Position numbers and translations under genes: made by a program. Shown here piece by piece: positions 9,704-19,499 of a stretch of DNA of 64,000 nt. This stretch comes from Nocardioidaceae bacterium (lineage in GTDB: Bacteria > Actinomycetota > Actinomycetes > Propionibacteriales > Nocardioidaceae): contig JAXLSP010000006.1 of assembly GCA_046330515.1 (NCBI GenBank), positions 55,068-119,067 of the forward strand, in the 5' to 3' direction. The notes beneath the pieces are model-generated. The model ran no database searches. It was given only the letters and a program-made list of their open reading frames with translations, and was not told the DNA's origin. Position 1 is the stretch's first letter. Every line of letters starts with the position of its first letter.

Positions 9704-12700
9704 ATGATTCGACGTGGGGTGACGTCGGCGCTTGCCGCCGGCGCGATGATTCTGACCGCCCTCGTGGCGACGAGCCCGAGCGCGACCGCCGCGATCAACC
9801 CGAGCGTCATCGGGACGAGCGCCGCGACCGCTGCCGGCTCCTGCTGGGAGATCAAGCAGCTGCGGCCGTCGGCGACCGACGGCGCCTACTGGCTCCTGAC
9901 GCCCAAGATGGTCGAGCCGCAGCAGTTCTACTGCGACATGACCACCGACGGTGGCGGCTGGGTGCTGGTCGGCAAGGGGCGCGAGGGCTGGACCAACGAG
10001 TACCAAGGCAAGGGCAGCGCCAGCGACCTGCTGACGCCGACGCTCAGCCCGATGTCCTCGGTGACCACCCAGCTCGGGGGCGACACGATCAACGCGCTGC
10101 TCAACGGCGGCCGCGTCGACGCGCTGTCCGAGGGCATCCGCCTGCGCCGGGCCACCAACACCACGGGCACCAGCTGGCAGGAGGTGCGCTTCAAGCTGTC
10201 CAGCCGCGACCGCTGGGCGTGGACCTTCGGCGCCGAGCACACGCTGGGCACCTGGTCCTTCGACAACTCCACCGGCTCCGGCGGCACCACGCCGTCCTTC
10301 GGCTCCAACAACAGCACGCGGCGCGTCGTGAACACGACGGCGCAGGCGCAGACCTACAAGCTCGGCTTCGCCTTCGGCTCCCAGGTCAGCGGCTCCAACT
10401 CCGACACGACCTACCTCTGGTCGGCCACCAACGGTGGTGGCGGCGCGCTGCCCTACACGATGGTCTACCTGCGGCCCCGCGTCCTCTCCACCGATGCCGG
10501 CTTCACGGCCATCCCCGACGGGGGCCTCGGCCAGAAGGTCAACATCAGCGTCGCCAAGAACAACGCGATCAGCCCGCCCTGGGGCGTGGCCGGCATGGCC
10601 GGTGCCGTCAGCATCGAGGGCAGCGTCGAGGTGCAGGCCTTCACGCAGTCCGGCAACAACATGTACGTCGGCGGCAACTTCGGTTATGTCCAGCGTGACG
10701 AGGCCGGCACCGACCGGGTCGACCAGCCGTTCCTGGCCGCGTTCGACGTCACGACCGGCGAGCTCGTGCAGAGCTTCCGGCCGGTGCTCAACGAGCAGGT
10801 CCGCGCCCTGACCACGCTGCCCAACGGCAACGTCGTCGCCGGTGGTGACTTCACGCAGGCCAACGGCGTCGCCGTCGGTGCGATGGTCGTGCTCGACCCG
10901 ACCACGGGGGCGACCGTGCCGGGCTGGAACACCAAGGTCCTCCAGAACGGCACCACCAACCCGCTGCGCGTCTGGACGCTCCAGGCCGCGCACGGCTGGA
11001 TCTATGTCGGCGGGACCTTCACCCACCTCCAGGGTGGGACCAAGCCCAACGTGCAGGTCGCCGCGAAGAACCTCGGCCGCATGGACAGCGCGACGTTCAC
11101 CCCCGACACGACGTGGCTGCCCAAGCCCAACGCGGGCGTCGAGGCTCTGGACGCGTCCGACGACGGCACCCGGCTCTACGCCGCCGGCCACTTCACCATC
11201 GTGACCGGCGTCTCCGCGGTCAGCGCTGCGGTGATCTCGACCTCCTCCGGTGCGGCGGTCACGCCGTGGGCGCCGGTCTGGAGCGCGTCGAAGACCTACC
11301 AGCAGGCCATCGACGAGGTCGGCGGTCGGCTCTGGGTCGGCGGGTCGGAGCACAACCTGTTCTCCTACGACACCCCGACGCTCAACCGCCTGTCCGGGAA
11401 CATCTTCCAGAAGAACGGTGACATCCAGGGGATCACCGACGACCGCGGTGTCGTCTACGCCGGCTGCCACTGCAACAACTTCAACTACTCCAACGCCTTC
11501 CGGTGGACGACGCCGGTGCCCGCCGGCTGGACCCAGGCCGACGCCCTCAACTGGTTCGGGGCCTGGGACGCCAACACCGGCCAGGTGATCCAGCAGTTCA
11601 CCCCGTCGTTCCGGATGCGGCTGGGATCGGGCATCTGGGCCCTGCAGGCCGACACGACGGGCACGCTGTGGGCCGGCGGCGACATCGAGGCGGTCAGGAC
11701 CGGCACCAAGGCCGCGGCCTGGGCCGGTGGGTTCGCGCGGTTCGCCCGCACGGACACCGAGCCGCCGCCGGTGCCGACCAACCTGCGGGTGAGCTCCTAT
11801 GACGACACCTCGGTGTCGCTGGCCTGGGGTGCCAACGGCGCCGGCGGCAGCACGCGCTACCTGGTGCTCCGCGACGACCGTCCGATCGCCACCACGTCGG
11901 CCACGTCGATCACGGTGCCTCGAGGCGGGTCCGACCGCTACTTCGTCCGCTCGATCGACACCGACGGCAACGCGTCGGCCACGACGTCGGTCACGGCGCT
12001 GCCGGCCAACACCAAGCCGACGGCCGCGTTCAGCTCGACCGTGGACGCGACGGGGGCGCACTTCGACGGGTCCGGCTCCAGCGACCCGGACGGCAGCGTC
12101 GTCAACTGGTCGTGGAGCTTCGGCGACGGCGGCACGGGCTCCGGTCAGAACGTTGACCACGTCTACGCCGCGCCGGGCACCTACCAGGTCACCCTGACGG
12201 TGCTGGACAACCTCGGCGCGACGGCGTCGGTCACCAACCCGGTCGTCATCAGCTCCGGGATCCAGACGCAGGTCAAGATCGCGCGCCTGTCCGGCTGGGC
12301 CTGGTACTACGCCGGGACGGCGCCGCCGGCCGGCTGGAACACCAACGGCTTCGACGACTCCGCCTGGTCGACGGGCAACGCCGTGCTCGGGTTCCCGTCC
12401 ACCGCGGTGGCGACCAACATCGACACCTTCGCCACGACGTCGCTGCGGGCCAAGACGGCCTACTTCCGCAAGACGTTCCAGGTGGCCGACGTGTCCAAGG
12501 TGACGAGGCTGGCCATCACGGCCGTCGCCAACGACGGTGCGGTGGTCTATGTCAACGGGGTCGAGGTGGCCCGGCAGAACATGCCGGCCGGCACGATCAC
12601 CTTCGACACCTTCGCCTCGACGGCGCGCAGCGCCGCCACGGCGAACGCCAACCCCATCGTGGTGGACATCCCGCTGAACCTGCTGGTCGACGGGACCAAC

Positions 12701-12787
12701 ACGGTGAGCGTCGAGACCCACCTCAACTACCGCAACACCCCCGACGTGACGTTCGACCTGGACGCCACGGCCTATGTGAACCAGTAG
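9704..12787 (+). CDS. Secreted multidomain protein: fibrinogen-related domain + beta-propeller-like repeats + FN3 + PKD + CBM-like C-terminal domain
   Basis: ATG at 9704 preceded by GGGGGAG. Signal peptide ends SATA/AINP. FReD motif is SCWEIK...FYCDMTTDGGGWVLVG...YTMVYLRP. Repeats carry a GG(N/D/T)F(T/G)xV signature. PKD signature is FDGSGSSDPDGSVVNWSWSFGDGGTG...YAAPGTYQVTLTV. Confidence 0.85.
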   Translation: MIRRGVTSALAAGAMILTALVATSPSATAAINPSVIGTSAATAAGSCWEIKQLRPSATDGAYWLLTPKMVEPQQFYCDMTTDGGGWVLVGKGREGWTNEYQGKGSASDLLTPTLSPMSSVTTQLGGDTINALLNGGRVDALSEGIRLRRATNTTGTSWQEVRFKLSSRDRWAWTFGAEHTLGTWSFDNSTGSGGTTPSFGSNNSTRRVVNTTAQAQTYKLGFAFGSQVSGSNSDTTYLWSATNGGGGALPYTMVYLRPRVLSTDAGFTAIPDGGLGQKVNISVAKNNAISPPWGVAGMAGAVSIEGSVEVQAFTQSGNNMYVGGNFGYVQRDEAGTDRVDQPFLAAFDVTTGELVQSFRPVLNEQVRALTTLPNGNVVAGGDFTQANGVAVGAMVVLDPTTGATVPGWNTKVLQNGTTNPLRVWTLQAAHGWIYVGGTFTHLQGGTKPNVQVAAKNLGRMDSATFTPDTTWLPKPNAGVEALDASDDGTRLYAAGHFTIVTGVSAVSAAVISTSSGAAVTPWAPVWSASKTYQQAIDEVGGRLWVGGSEHNLFSYDTPTLNRLSGNIFQKNGDIQGITDDRGVVYAGCHCNNFNYSNAFRWTTPVPAGWTQADALNWFGAWDANTGQVIQQFTPSFRMRLGSGIWALQADTTGTLWAGGDIEAVRTGTKAAAWAGGFARFARTDTEPPPVPTNLRVSSYDDTSVSLAWGANGAGGSTRYLVLRDDRPIATTSATSITVPRGGSDRYFVRSIDTDGNASATTSVTALPANTKPTAAFSSTVDATGAHFDGSGSSDPDGSVVNWSWSFGDGGTGSGQNVDHVYAAPGTYQVTLTVLDNLGATASVTNPVVISSGIQTQVKIARLSGWAWYYAGTAPPAGWNTNGFDDSAWSTGNAVLGFPSTAVATNIDTFATTSLRAKTAYFRKTFQVADVSKVTRLAITAVANDGAVVYVNGVEVARQNMPAGTITFDTFASTARSAATANANPIVVDIPLNLLVDGTNTVSVETHLNYRNTPDVTFDLDATAYVNQ

Positions 12788-12794
12788 CACGTTC

Positions 12795-12843
12795 GGGCCG
12801 GTCGGTGGTCCCGCCTCGCAGGTGCGGGACCGCTGACCGGCCC
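12795..12843 (+). terminator. Putative intrinsic terminator (compound GC-rich hairpin)
   Basis: GGGCCGGTC-ggt-GGTCCCGC-ctcgcaggt-GCGGGACC-gct-GACCGGCCC, beginning 8 nt after the stop at 12787. Confidence 0.5.
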
Positions 12844-13050
12844 GACCTCCTTTACACCCGGCCGCGCCGTCTGTCCGGCGAACGACCCGAATGAACCCGG
12901 TAACTGAGGAGATCTGCCCGATCGGGCAACCGCCTAGTCCACCATGACCAGCGGGAAATGGCAAGGCCTATCGATGCCCTTGCCGGGACCTTTCTGGAAG
13001 CGTTTGGGACGCACCACTCAGCTATCTCGGGAGCTTTTCGGAGGTCGTCC

Positions 13051-14742
13051 ATGCCCACAGAAGGCACGCGTCCCCGCAGGTCAGAACGTCTGTCCTGGGG
13101 GATGACCGTCGCTGCTTTGACCTTCGCCGGGGGAATCATCCCCGGCGTTTCTCTTGCCGCGGCGCAAACTGCTACGCCGGCGGTCACGAGCCATGCGGCC
13201 GTGACCACGGTCAGCCTGTCCAAGTCCGTCCGCGACCGGGTCATCCCGCACCGCGTGCGGAGGCCGGGCGACCTGGCGCGCAGCACCTATGACCGCAACA
13301 TCGTCTTCGTCACCGACCGCGTCCACGGTCGGTCCCGGCTCGTCGCCATCGGCCCCAAGGGCCGCGTGGTCGGCAGCATCGACGTCGCCGGCGCCCAGAC
13401 CCGCGCCTGGCGCTCGGTCGCGGCCGGCGGGTCTCACGGCCTGTGGATCGCCGACATCGGCGACCCGCAGCGCACCCGCAGCACCATCCAGCTCTTCCGC
13501 TTCCGCGAGCCGCGCAACCTCCGCGGCAACCGGCGGGTCACCCCGGTCCGCTATGACCTGCGCTACCCCGACGGTGCACACCCCGCGTCGGCCCTGCTCG
13601 TCAACCCCGCGACCAGCGACGTCTACGTCGTGACGCGCGACGCCTCCGGCGGCGGGATCTACCAGGCCCCGGACGCCCTGTCCTCCTCGGCCGTCAACGA
13701 CCTCGTGCGCGTCGCGGACGCCCCCGACCAGGTGACCGGCGGCGGCTTCTCGGCGGCCGGTCTGCGCGTCGTGCTCAGCAGCCCGCGCAAGATCCTCGTC
13801 GGCTCCTCGCTGACGGCACAGCCGGACGCCATCGCGGTGCCGGACGGCTTCGGCGCGGCCAACGCGGAGTTCTCGCGCACGGGCGACACCGTGCTCGTCA
13901 ACGGCGCCCCCGCCCGCCGGGTGATCGGCGCGCTCCGGTGGCACCGCCACCCGAAGCCGTCGCCCTCGCCGACCCCGACGGACCCGACCACGACGCCCCC
14001 GTCGTCCCCGCCGCCCACCACCACCCCGCCGACCGGCTGGACGCTGAACCTCGCCGAGGAGTTCGGCTCGCTCGACACCACGCGGTGGAAGCTGCGCGAC
14101 CACCAGTGCTACGCCCGCGACAGCGCCGCGGTGCTGGCCCGCAACGACACCGTGTCCGACGGCTCGCTGCGCGTCCAGGGCAAGCTGGAGTCCAGCGACG
14201 GCCGCAGCTACACCAGCGGCGACCTCGACACCTACGGCACCTACTCGCTGCCGAACTACTTCCGCATCGAGGTGCGCGCCAAGGTGCCGTTCGAACAGGG
14301 CATGTGGGCGGCCCCGCTGTGGATCCGCCCCAGCGACGGCTCGTCCGGCGAGATCGACCTCATCGAGACCTACGGCAGCGAGGCCGCGCGCCCGATCATC
14401 CACCAGACGATCCACTCGGCCTACGGCACGACCCACCAGCAGACGCACCTCCAGACGCCGTACTCCAAGGTGAGCACGCTCCCGGCCACGGACTGGCACA
14501 CCTACGTGGTGGAGAAGACCAAGGGTGAGATCCGGATGTGGGTCGACGGCACCCAGACGGCGCTCTTCAACACCAGCAACACGCCGTGGTTCAACACCTA
14601 CTACGAGGTCGGCAAGCGCTGGAGCCTCCGGGCGTCGCTGCAGATCGGCGGCGGTCAGGGCCTGCCCGACTCCACCACCGACTGGGCTCCGGACAAGACC
14701 GCCATGCTGGTCGACTACATCCGCACCTACACCCAGGGCTAG
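13051..14742 (+). CDS. Secreted protein: unknown N-terminal domain + Pro/Thr linker + GH16 glycoside hydrolase domain
   Basis: ATG at 13051 after GGAGG. Signal peptide ends SLAAAQT. Linker is PSPSPTPTDPTTTPPSSPPPTTTPPTG. GH16 catalytic motif is GEIDLIETYG. Confidence 0.8.
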   Translation: MPTEGTRPRRSERLSWGMTVAALTFAGGIIPGVSLAAAQTATPAVTSHAAVTTVSLSKSVRDRVIPHRVRRPGDLARSTYDRNIVFVTDRVHGRSRLVAIGPKGRVVGSIDVAGAQTRAWRSVAAGGSHGLWIADIGDPQRTRSTIQLFRFREPRNLRGNRRVTPVRYDLRYPDGAHPASALLVNPATSDVYVVTRDASGGGIYQAPDALSSSAVNDLVRVADAPDQVTGGGFSAAGLRVVLSSPRKILVGSSLTAQPDAIAVPDGFGAANAEFSRTGDTVLVNGAPARRVIGALRWHRHPKPSPSPTPTDPTTTPPSSPPPTTTPPTGWTLNLAEEFGSLDTTRWKLRDHQCYARDSAAVLARNDTVSDGSLRVQGKLESSDGRSYTSGDLDTYGTYSLPNYFRIEVRAKVPFEQGMWAAPLWIRPSDGSSGEIDLIETYGSEAARPIIHQTIHSAYGTTHQQTHLQTPYSKVSTLPATDWHTYVVEKTKGEIRMWVDGTQTALFNTSNTPWFNTYYEVGKRWSLRASLQIGGGQGLPDSTTDWAPDKTAMLVDYIRTYTQG

Positions 14743-14797
14743 GCCCCGGGCCACAACCCGGAGCGATACCCGGTCTAGACAGCAGCACGCAGCACCG

Positions 14798-14833
14798 CGA
14801 CCACGCCAGCCGGTTGTCCGGCTGGCGTGGTCG
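14798..14833 (+). terminator. Intrinsic terminator-like hairpin
   Basis: Perfect 16-bp stem CGACCACGCCAGCCGG / CCGGCTGGCGTGGTCG with loop TTGT, followed by GCTCTTCTCC. Confidence 0.6.
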
Positions 14834-14915
14834 GCTCTTCTCCGGACCCTCGGTGGCGTGTGATACTCCTCCCCAACGGGGTGGTGGGGACCCCCTTGAG
14901 CAGTGGGGACGTTTC

Positions 14916-17360
14916 ATGCGCCGGATGGGGACGGTGGTGGCGCTGCTGTGCGCCACGTTGATGATGGTCATGCCGGCGAGCCCGGCGTCCGCGGACGCCC
15001 AGGTCTTCGTCGACTCGACGCCCAGCCCGAGCTGGCAGGTCGACGGGACGGTCTACACGACGCTGATCGTGGGTGACACGGTCTTCGTGGGAGGCGAGTT
15101 CTCCAACGCGGTGAGCCCGACCGGCCAGCTGGTGGCCCGCAAGAACCTCGCGGCCTTCTCGATGGCCACCGGTGCGCTCATCACGACCTGGAAGGCCGAC
15201 GCGGGCAACGTCGTGCGTGGCCTGGTGTCCGACGGCACCTCGCTCTGGGTGGCCGGCAACTTCCTGAAGCTCGGCGGGCTCAACCGCTCGCGGCTCGCCA
15301 AGGTCGACGTCGCCTCGGGTGTGGTGGACCCCGCCTTCGCGCCCACCTTCGACAACTCGATCCGCGCGGTCGCACTCGACAACGGCTCGATCTATGCGGG
15401 TGGCCAGTTCCTGAACGTCAACGGTGTCGCCAAGAACCGGATCGCCAAGCTCAACGCGACCACCGGGAGCCTGGTCACGTCGTTCACGACGTCGGCCAGC
15501 AGTGCCGTCTACGCCGTCAAGGCGTCGCCGGTGTCGGACGCCGTCTACATCGCCGGCAACTTCGGCACGGTCAACTCGGTGACCCGCAACGGCGTGGCCG
15601 CCGTGACCAAGTCGACCGGAGCGATCACCGGCCCTGCCTTCGCCTCCTCGGCGAAGCCGACGTTCGGCCTCGACGTCTCGCCCGACGGCACCCAGCTGTT
15701 CGGTGCCGGCGGCGGGCCCACCAACGCCGCGGCGGCCTGGAACGCCGCCACCGGAACGCGCACGTGGCGCGTCGTGGCGGACGGCGACATCCAGGTCATC
15801 AAGTACTTCGGTGGCACGGCCTACTTCGGCTTCCACGACGGCTACCAGCTCGACCCGCACGTGCACGTCATGGCCGTCGACGCCAAGACCGGGGCGATCG
15901 ACACCAGCTTCTGGCCCTCGGTCATCGGCTTCTGGGGACTCTGGGCCCTCGACATCACCGACGAGGGCATGGCCATCGGCGGCGACTTCACCACGGTGGC
16001 CGGCATCCCCGCCCAGGGCTGGGCCCGGTTCCCGCGGTCGGGCGACCTGCCTCCGCCGCCGCCCGTCCAGACGGAGTACCTCGGCACCTCCACCGGCTGG
16101 AGCTACTGGGACAAGGGCACCATGCCGGCGGGGTGGAGCACCGAGGGCTTCGACGCGAGCTCCTGGGCCACCGGCCTCGCGCAGCTGGGCTACGGCGACG
16201 GCGACGAGTCCACGGTCGTGTCCTACGGCCCGTCGGCCTCGGCGAAGTACATCACCACCTACTTCCGGGCCACGTTCGACGTCACGACGGTCCCCGACCA
16301 GCTGAACCTCTACCTCGCCGCCGACGACGGCGCGGTGGCCTATGTCAACGGCACCGAGGTGGTGCGGGACAACATGCCCGCCGGCACGATCACCAACACC
16401 ACCCGGGCGAGCACCGGCCGCTCCGGCGGCGGCGAGAACGCGCTCCGGCAGTTCGCGGTCAACCCCGCGGTGCTGCACCCCGGCACCAACACGCTCGCGG
16501 TGGAGGTCCACCAGGACACCCCGACCTCAACGGACCTGACCTTCGACGGCAGCCTCGTCGGCATCGTCGTGCCTCCGTCCAACGACCCGCCGACAGCGTC
16601 GTTCACGTCCGCGGCGGCGGGCTACACCATCTCCTACGACGGCACCGCGTCGACCGACACCGACGGCGCGGTGACCGACTGGCACTGGGACTTCGGTGAC
16701 GGCAGCACCGGGACCGGCGCCACGGTCGACCACACCTACGCCGCGGAGGGCACCTACACCGTGACCCTGCGCGTCGCCGACAACGGCGGCGCCCACGGCA
16801 CGGTGGTGCAGTCCCAGCTGGTCCAGTCGCCGACGGTGACCACGACCGCCGTGGCGGCCAACGCGACGTGGTCGTGGCGCTATGCCACGGGCGAGCCTCC
16901 GGCCGGGTGGAACCAGGCCGGGTTCGACGACAGCACCTGGGGGAGCGGCGCCGCGCCGCTCGGGTTCGGCTCGGCGACCATCGCGACCAACGTCGACACG
17001 TTCGCCGACCCGGCGACGCGACCCAAGACCGCCTACTTCCGGCACGGGTTCGACATCGCGGACCTCGCCAAGGTGCAGCAGGTCACGGTCACCACCGTGG
17101 CCGACGACGGTGTCGCCGTCTATGTCAACGGGGTCGAGGTCGGCCGGTCCAACCTGCCCGCCGGGACGCTGACGAGCACGATCTCGGCCAGCTCGGCGCG
17201 ATCCACGACGACCGCCAACAACAACCCGGTGACCTTCACGATCCCCGTGGCACTGCTGGTCCAGGGCGCCAACGTGATCACGGCCGAGACCCACGTCAAC
17301 ACGCGGACGACCGCCGACCTCTCCTTCAAGGCGACGGTGGCGGTCACCGCGCTGCGCTGA
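14916..17360 (+). CDS. Secreted protein: beta-propeller-like repeats + CBM-like + PKD + CBM-like
   Basis: ATG at 14916. Signal peptide ends ASPASADA. About 7 repeats with (Y/W)(V/A)(G/A)G.F..(V/L).G. The W.Y...P.GW...GFD.S.W...A.LG(Y/F)G module occurs twice. PKD signature is YDGTASTDTDGAVTDWHWDFGDGSTG. Confidence 0.85.
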   Translation: MRRMGTVVALLCATLMMVMPASPASADAQVFVDSTPSPSWQVDGTVYTTLIVGDTVFVGGEFSNAVSPTGQLVARKNLAAFSMATGALITTWKADAGNVVRGLVSDGTSLWVAGNFLKLGGLNRSRLAKVDVASGVVDPAFAPTFDNSIRAVALDNGSIYAGGQFLNVNGVAKNRIAKLNATTGSLVTSFTTSASSAVYAVKASPVSDAVYIAGNFGTVNSVTRNGVAAVTKSTGAITGPAFASSAKPTFGLDVSPDGTQLFGAGGGPTNAAAAWNAATGTRTWRVVADGDIQVIKYFGGTAYFGFHDGYQLDPHVHVMAVDAKTGAIDTSFWPSVIGFWGLWALDITDEGMAIGGDFTTVAGIPAQGWARFPRSGDLPPPPPVQTEYLGTSTGWSYWDKGTMPAGWSTEGFDASSWATGLAQLGYGDGDESTVVSYGPSASAKYITTYFRATFDVTTVPDQLNLYLAADDGAVAYVNGTEVVRDNMPAGTITNTTRASTGRSGGGENALRQFAVNPAVLHPGTNTLAVEVHQDTPTSTDLTFDGSLVGIVVPPSNDPPTASFTSAAAGYTISYDGTASTDTDGAVTDWHWDFGDGSTGTGATVDHTYAAEGTYTVTLRVADNGGAHGTVVQSQLVQSPTVTTTAVAANATWSWRYATGEPPAGWNQAGFDDSTWGSGAAPLGFGSATIATNVDTFADPATRPKTAYFRHGFDIADLAKVQQVTVTTVADDGVAVYVNGVEVGRSNLPAGTLTSTISASSARSTTTANNNPVTFTIPVALLVQGANVITAETHVNTRTTADLSFKATVAVTALR

Positions 17361-17361
17361 C

Positions 17362-18252
17362 ATGGCGGACGGCAGGCAGTCCCGGGACGGCGGCGGGTCC
17401 GCCCGCGCTCGCGTGCTCCCGCTCGTCCTCGGGGCCGTGGTGGTCGCGGTCCTCCTCGGAGTCGTGTTCGCCACCCTGCGCCAGCCGGGCTCCCGGCCGG
17501 CCGCCGCGGGACCCGGCTCGGGCCAGCCGCTGCCCGGGCTCACCGGCTGGGAGCCCGACCTGACCGAGGACTTCACCTCGCTCGACCCGTCGGTGTGGAA
17601 CGTCCGGAACCGTCAGCACTACGAGCGCGACGACGCCGAGGTGCTCGCCGCCAACGTCGCCACGCAGGACGGGGCGATCCGGATCCAGGCCAGGCAGCAG
17701 GCCGTCGACGGCCGCAGCTTCACCTCCGGCGACCTGGACACGTTCGGGACCTACTCGCTGCCGAACTACTTCCGGATCGAGGTGAGGGCCAAGGTGCCCT
17801 TCCAGCAGGGCATGTGGGCGGCCCCGCTCTGGATCCGGCCGGCCGACGGATCGGCGGGCGAGATCGACCTCGTCGAGACCTACGGCAGCGAGCGGGACCG
17901 GCCCATCATCCACCAGACGATCCACGGGGACTATGCCGTGCCGGGGCAGCTGACACACCTCCAGACACCGTTCGCAGCGGTGGGCGGTTCGGCCACCGAC
18001 TGGCACACCTACGTGGTGGAGAAGACCCCCGGAGCGATCCGGATGTGGGTCGACGGCGTGCCGACGGCGACCTTCGATGATTCGACCACTCCGTGGTTCG
18101 GCTCCTACTATGAGGCCGGTAAGCGGTGGAGCCTGCGCATGTCGCTGCAGGTAGGCGGCAACCAGGGTCTACCGGACTCGACGACGGACTGGAGCCCGGA
18201 CACGACCTCGATGCTGGTCGACTACGTGCATACCTACGTTCCCCAGAGCTGA
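17362..18252 (+). CDS. GH16 family glycoside hydrolase (membrane-anchored or secreted)
   Basis: ATG starts 2 nt after the previous stop. GEIDLVETYG motif. By eye roughly three quarters identical to the GH16 domain of 13051..14742. Confidence 0.85.
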   Translation: MADGRQSRDGGGSARARVLPLVLGAVVVAVLLGVVFATLRQPGSRPAAAGPGSGQPLPGLTGWEPDLTEDFTSLDPSVWNVRNRQHYERDDAEVLAANVATQDGAIRIQARQQAVDGRSFTSGDLDTFGTYSLPNYFRIEVRAKVPFQQGMWAAPLWIRPADGSAGEIDLVETYGSERDRPIIHQTIHGDYAVPGQLTHLQTPFAAVGGSATDWHTYVVEKTPGAIRMWVDGVPTATFDDSTTPWFGSYYEAGKRWSLRMSLQVGGNQGLPDSTTDWSPDTTSMLVDYVHTYVPQS

Positions 18253-18305
18253 ACCGCGTAGACATCCGCGGACGTCCCAGGAGAGCCGTCACCTAACCCC
18301 CGAAG

Positions 18306-19289
18306 GTGATTCTCGTGGCAACACCCCCCCACAACAGATCCCTGCGCGCCTCGTTGGCCATCGCGGCCACCACGGCTGCCTCCCTCGTGGTGCCCCTGCT
18401 GGGCACCGGGGCAGCTCCCGTGGCGTCCGCGGCGGCGCCCACGCCCTCGGCGCGACTGTCGGCCGCCTGTCTGGCACCCACGCCGGCCAAGCTCGCCGAC
18501 CCGCACTTCGGCGTCAGCCTCTCGGCGAACCCCACGCTCGCCGACGACCGCGCCACCGAGCAGCGGAGGTTCGGCAGGCTGCCGATCGCCCGCATCTACG
18601 ACCCGTCCATCCCGCCGTCGAACGCCTGGGAGCGACGCAAGCCCCAGCTGAAGGGGATGAGCGTCATCACCTCCTTCCGGATGGCGCCCCAGGAGGTGCT
18701 GGCCGGACGCTACGACTCCCAGCTGCGCCAGTTCTTCGCCACCGCGCCGCGCAAGCGCGACGTGTTCTGGAGCTACTTCCACGAGCCCGAGCCCAACATC
18801 GACGCCGGCCAGTTCACCGCGCGCCAGTACCGCCGGGCCTGGCGGCACATCGCCACCATCGCCGGCTCGCTGTGCCGGCCCCGCCTCTACCCGACGCTCA
18901 TCCTCACCGGATGGACCGCCGAGAGTGCGTCCGGGCGCAGCTGGCGCGACTACTACGCGGGCGACCGCTTCGTGTCGGTGCTCGGGTGGGACCCCTACAA
19001 CCAGGCCGTCGGCACCCCGCGCACCTATCGCGCGCCGCGCGATGTGTTCGGCGCGGTCGTGCGCGCCTCGCACCGGTCCGGCAAGCCCTGGGGACTCGCC
19101 GAGACCGGCACCGCGCGGGTGTCGGGCGACGGCGGCGCGGGACGCGCCAGGTGGATCGCCCGGTCGGGCCGCTACCTCATGCGCAAGGACCCGCTGTTCG
19201 TGAGCTACTTCCAGTCGACGAACAAGGGGGACTTCGAGCTGCGCGACAGCCCGTCGATCCGCGCCTACCGCAAGCTGGTGCAGTCCTGA
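18306..19289 (+). CDS. Secreted putative clan GH-A glycoside hydrolase (GH26/GH5-like); family unassigned
   Basis: Signal peptide. Candidate acid/base motif WSYFHEPE and nucleophile motif WGLAETG, with spacing typical of (beta/alpha)8 GH-A enzymes. By-eye call only. Confidence 0.5.
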   Translation: MILVATPPHNRSLRASLAIAATTAASLVVPLLGTGAAPVASAAAPTPSARLSAACLAPTPAKLADPHFGVSLSANPTLADDRATEQRRFGRLPIARIYDPSIPPSNAWERRKPQLKGMSVITSFRMAPQEVLAGRYDSQLRQFFATAPRKRDVFWSYFHEPEPNIDAGQFTARQYRRAWRHIATIAGSLCRPRLYPTLILTGWTAESASGRSWRDYYAGDRFVSVLGWDPYNQAVGTPRTYRAPRDVFGAVVRASHRSGKPWGLAETGTARVSGDGGAGRARWIARSGRYLMRKDPLFVSYFQSTNKGDFELRDSPSIRAYRKLVQS

Positions 19290-19296
19290 CCGGTCT

Positions 19297-19320
19297 GGAC
19301 CAGCCGTGACCGGCTGGACC
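19297..19320 (+). terminator. Possible terminator hairpin after the GH-A-like gene
   Basis: GGaCCAGCCG-tgac-CGGCTGGaCC, 8 nt after the stop at 19289. Confidence 0.35.
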
Positions 19321-19499
19321 GAGCGTGGCTCCCCCCAGGTAAACGCAGGCTTGCCTACGTGACCCGCATTACCCCACTTTGCCCGGCAAGAACAGACCCC
19401 TAGGGGCGCTGACTTCCACGCCGGGGTGACTTACGATCGATCCACTCGCCTCGGGGCGATCGTCATGTTCGTATGCGTCACGCTTGTGGGGAGCCACGC

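Noticed and set aside
9683-12964. 1093-aa minus-strand ORF antisense to the FReD-propeller gene
   Set aside because: Antisense shadow frame with Arg/Gly/Asp/Val-rich low complexity. The plus-strand frame has a signal peptide and several recognisable domains.
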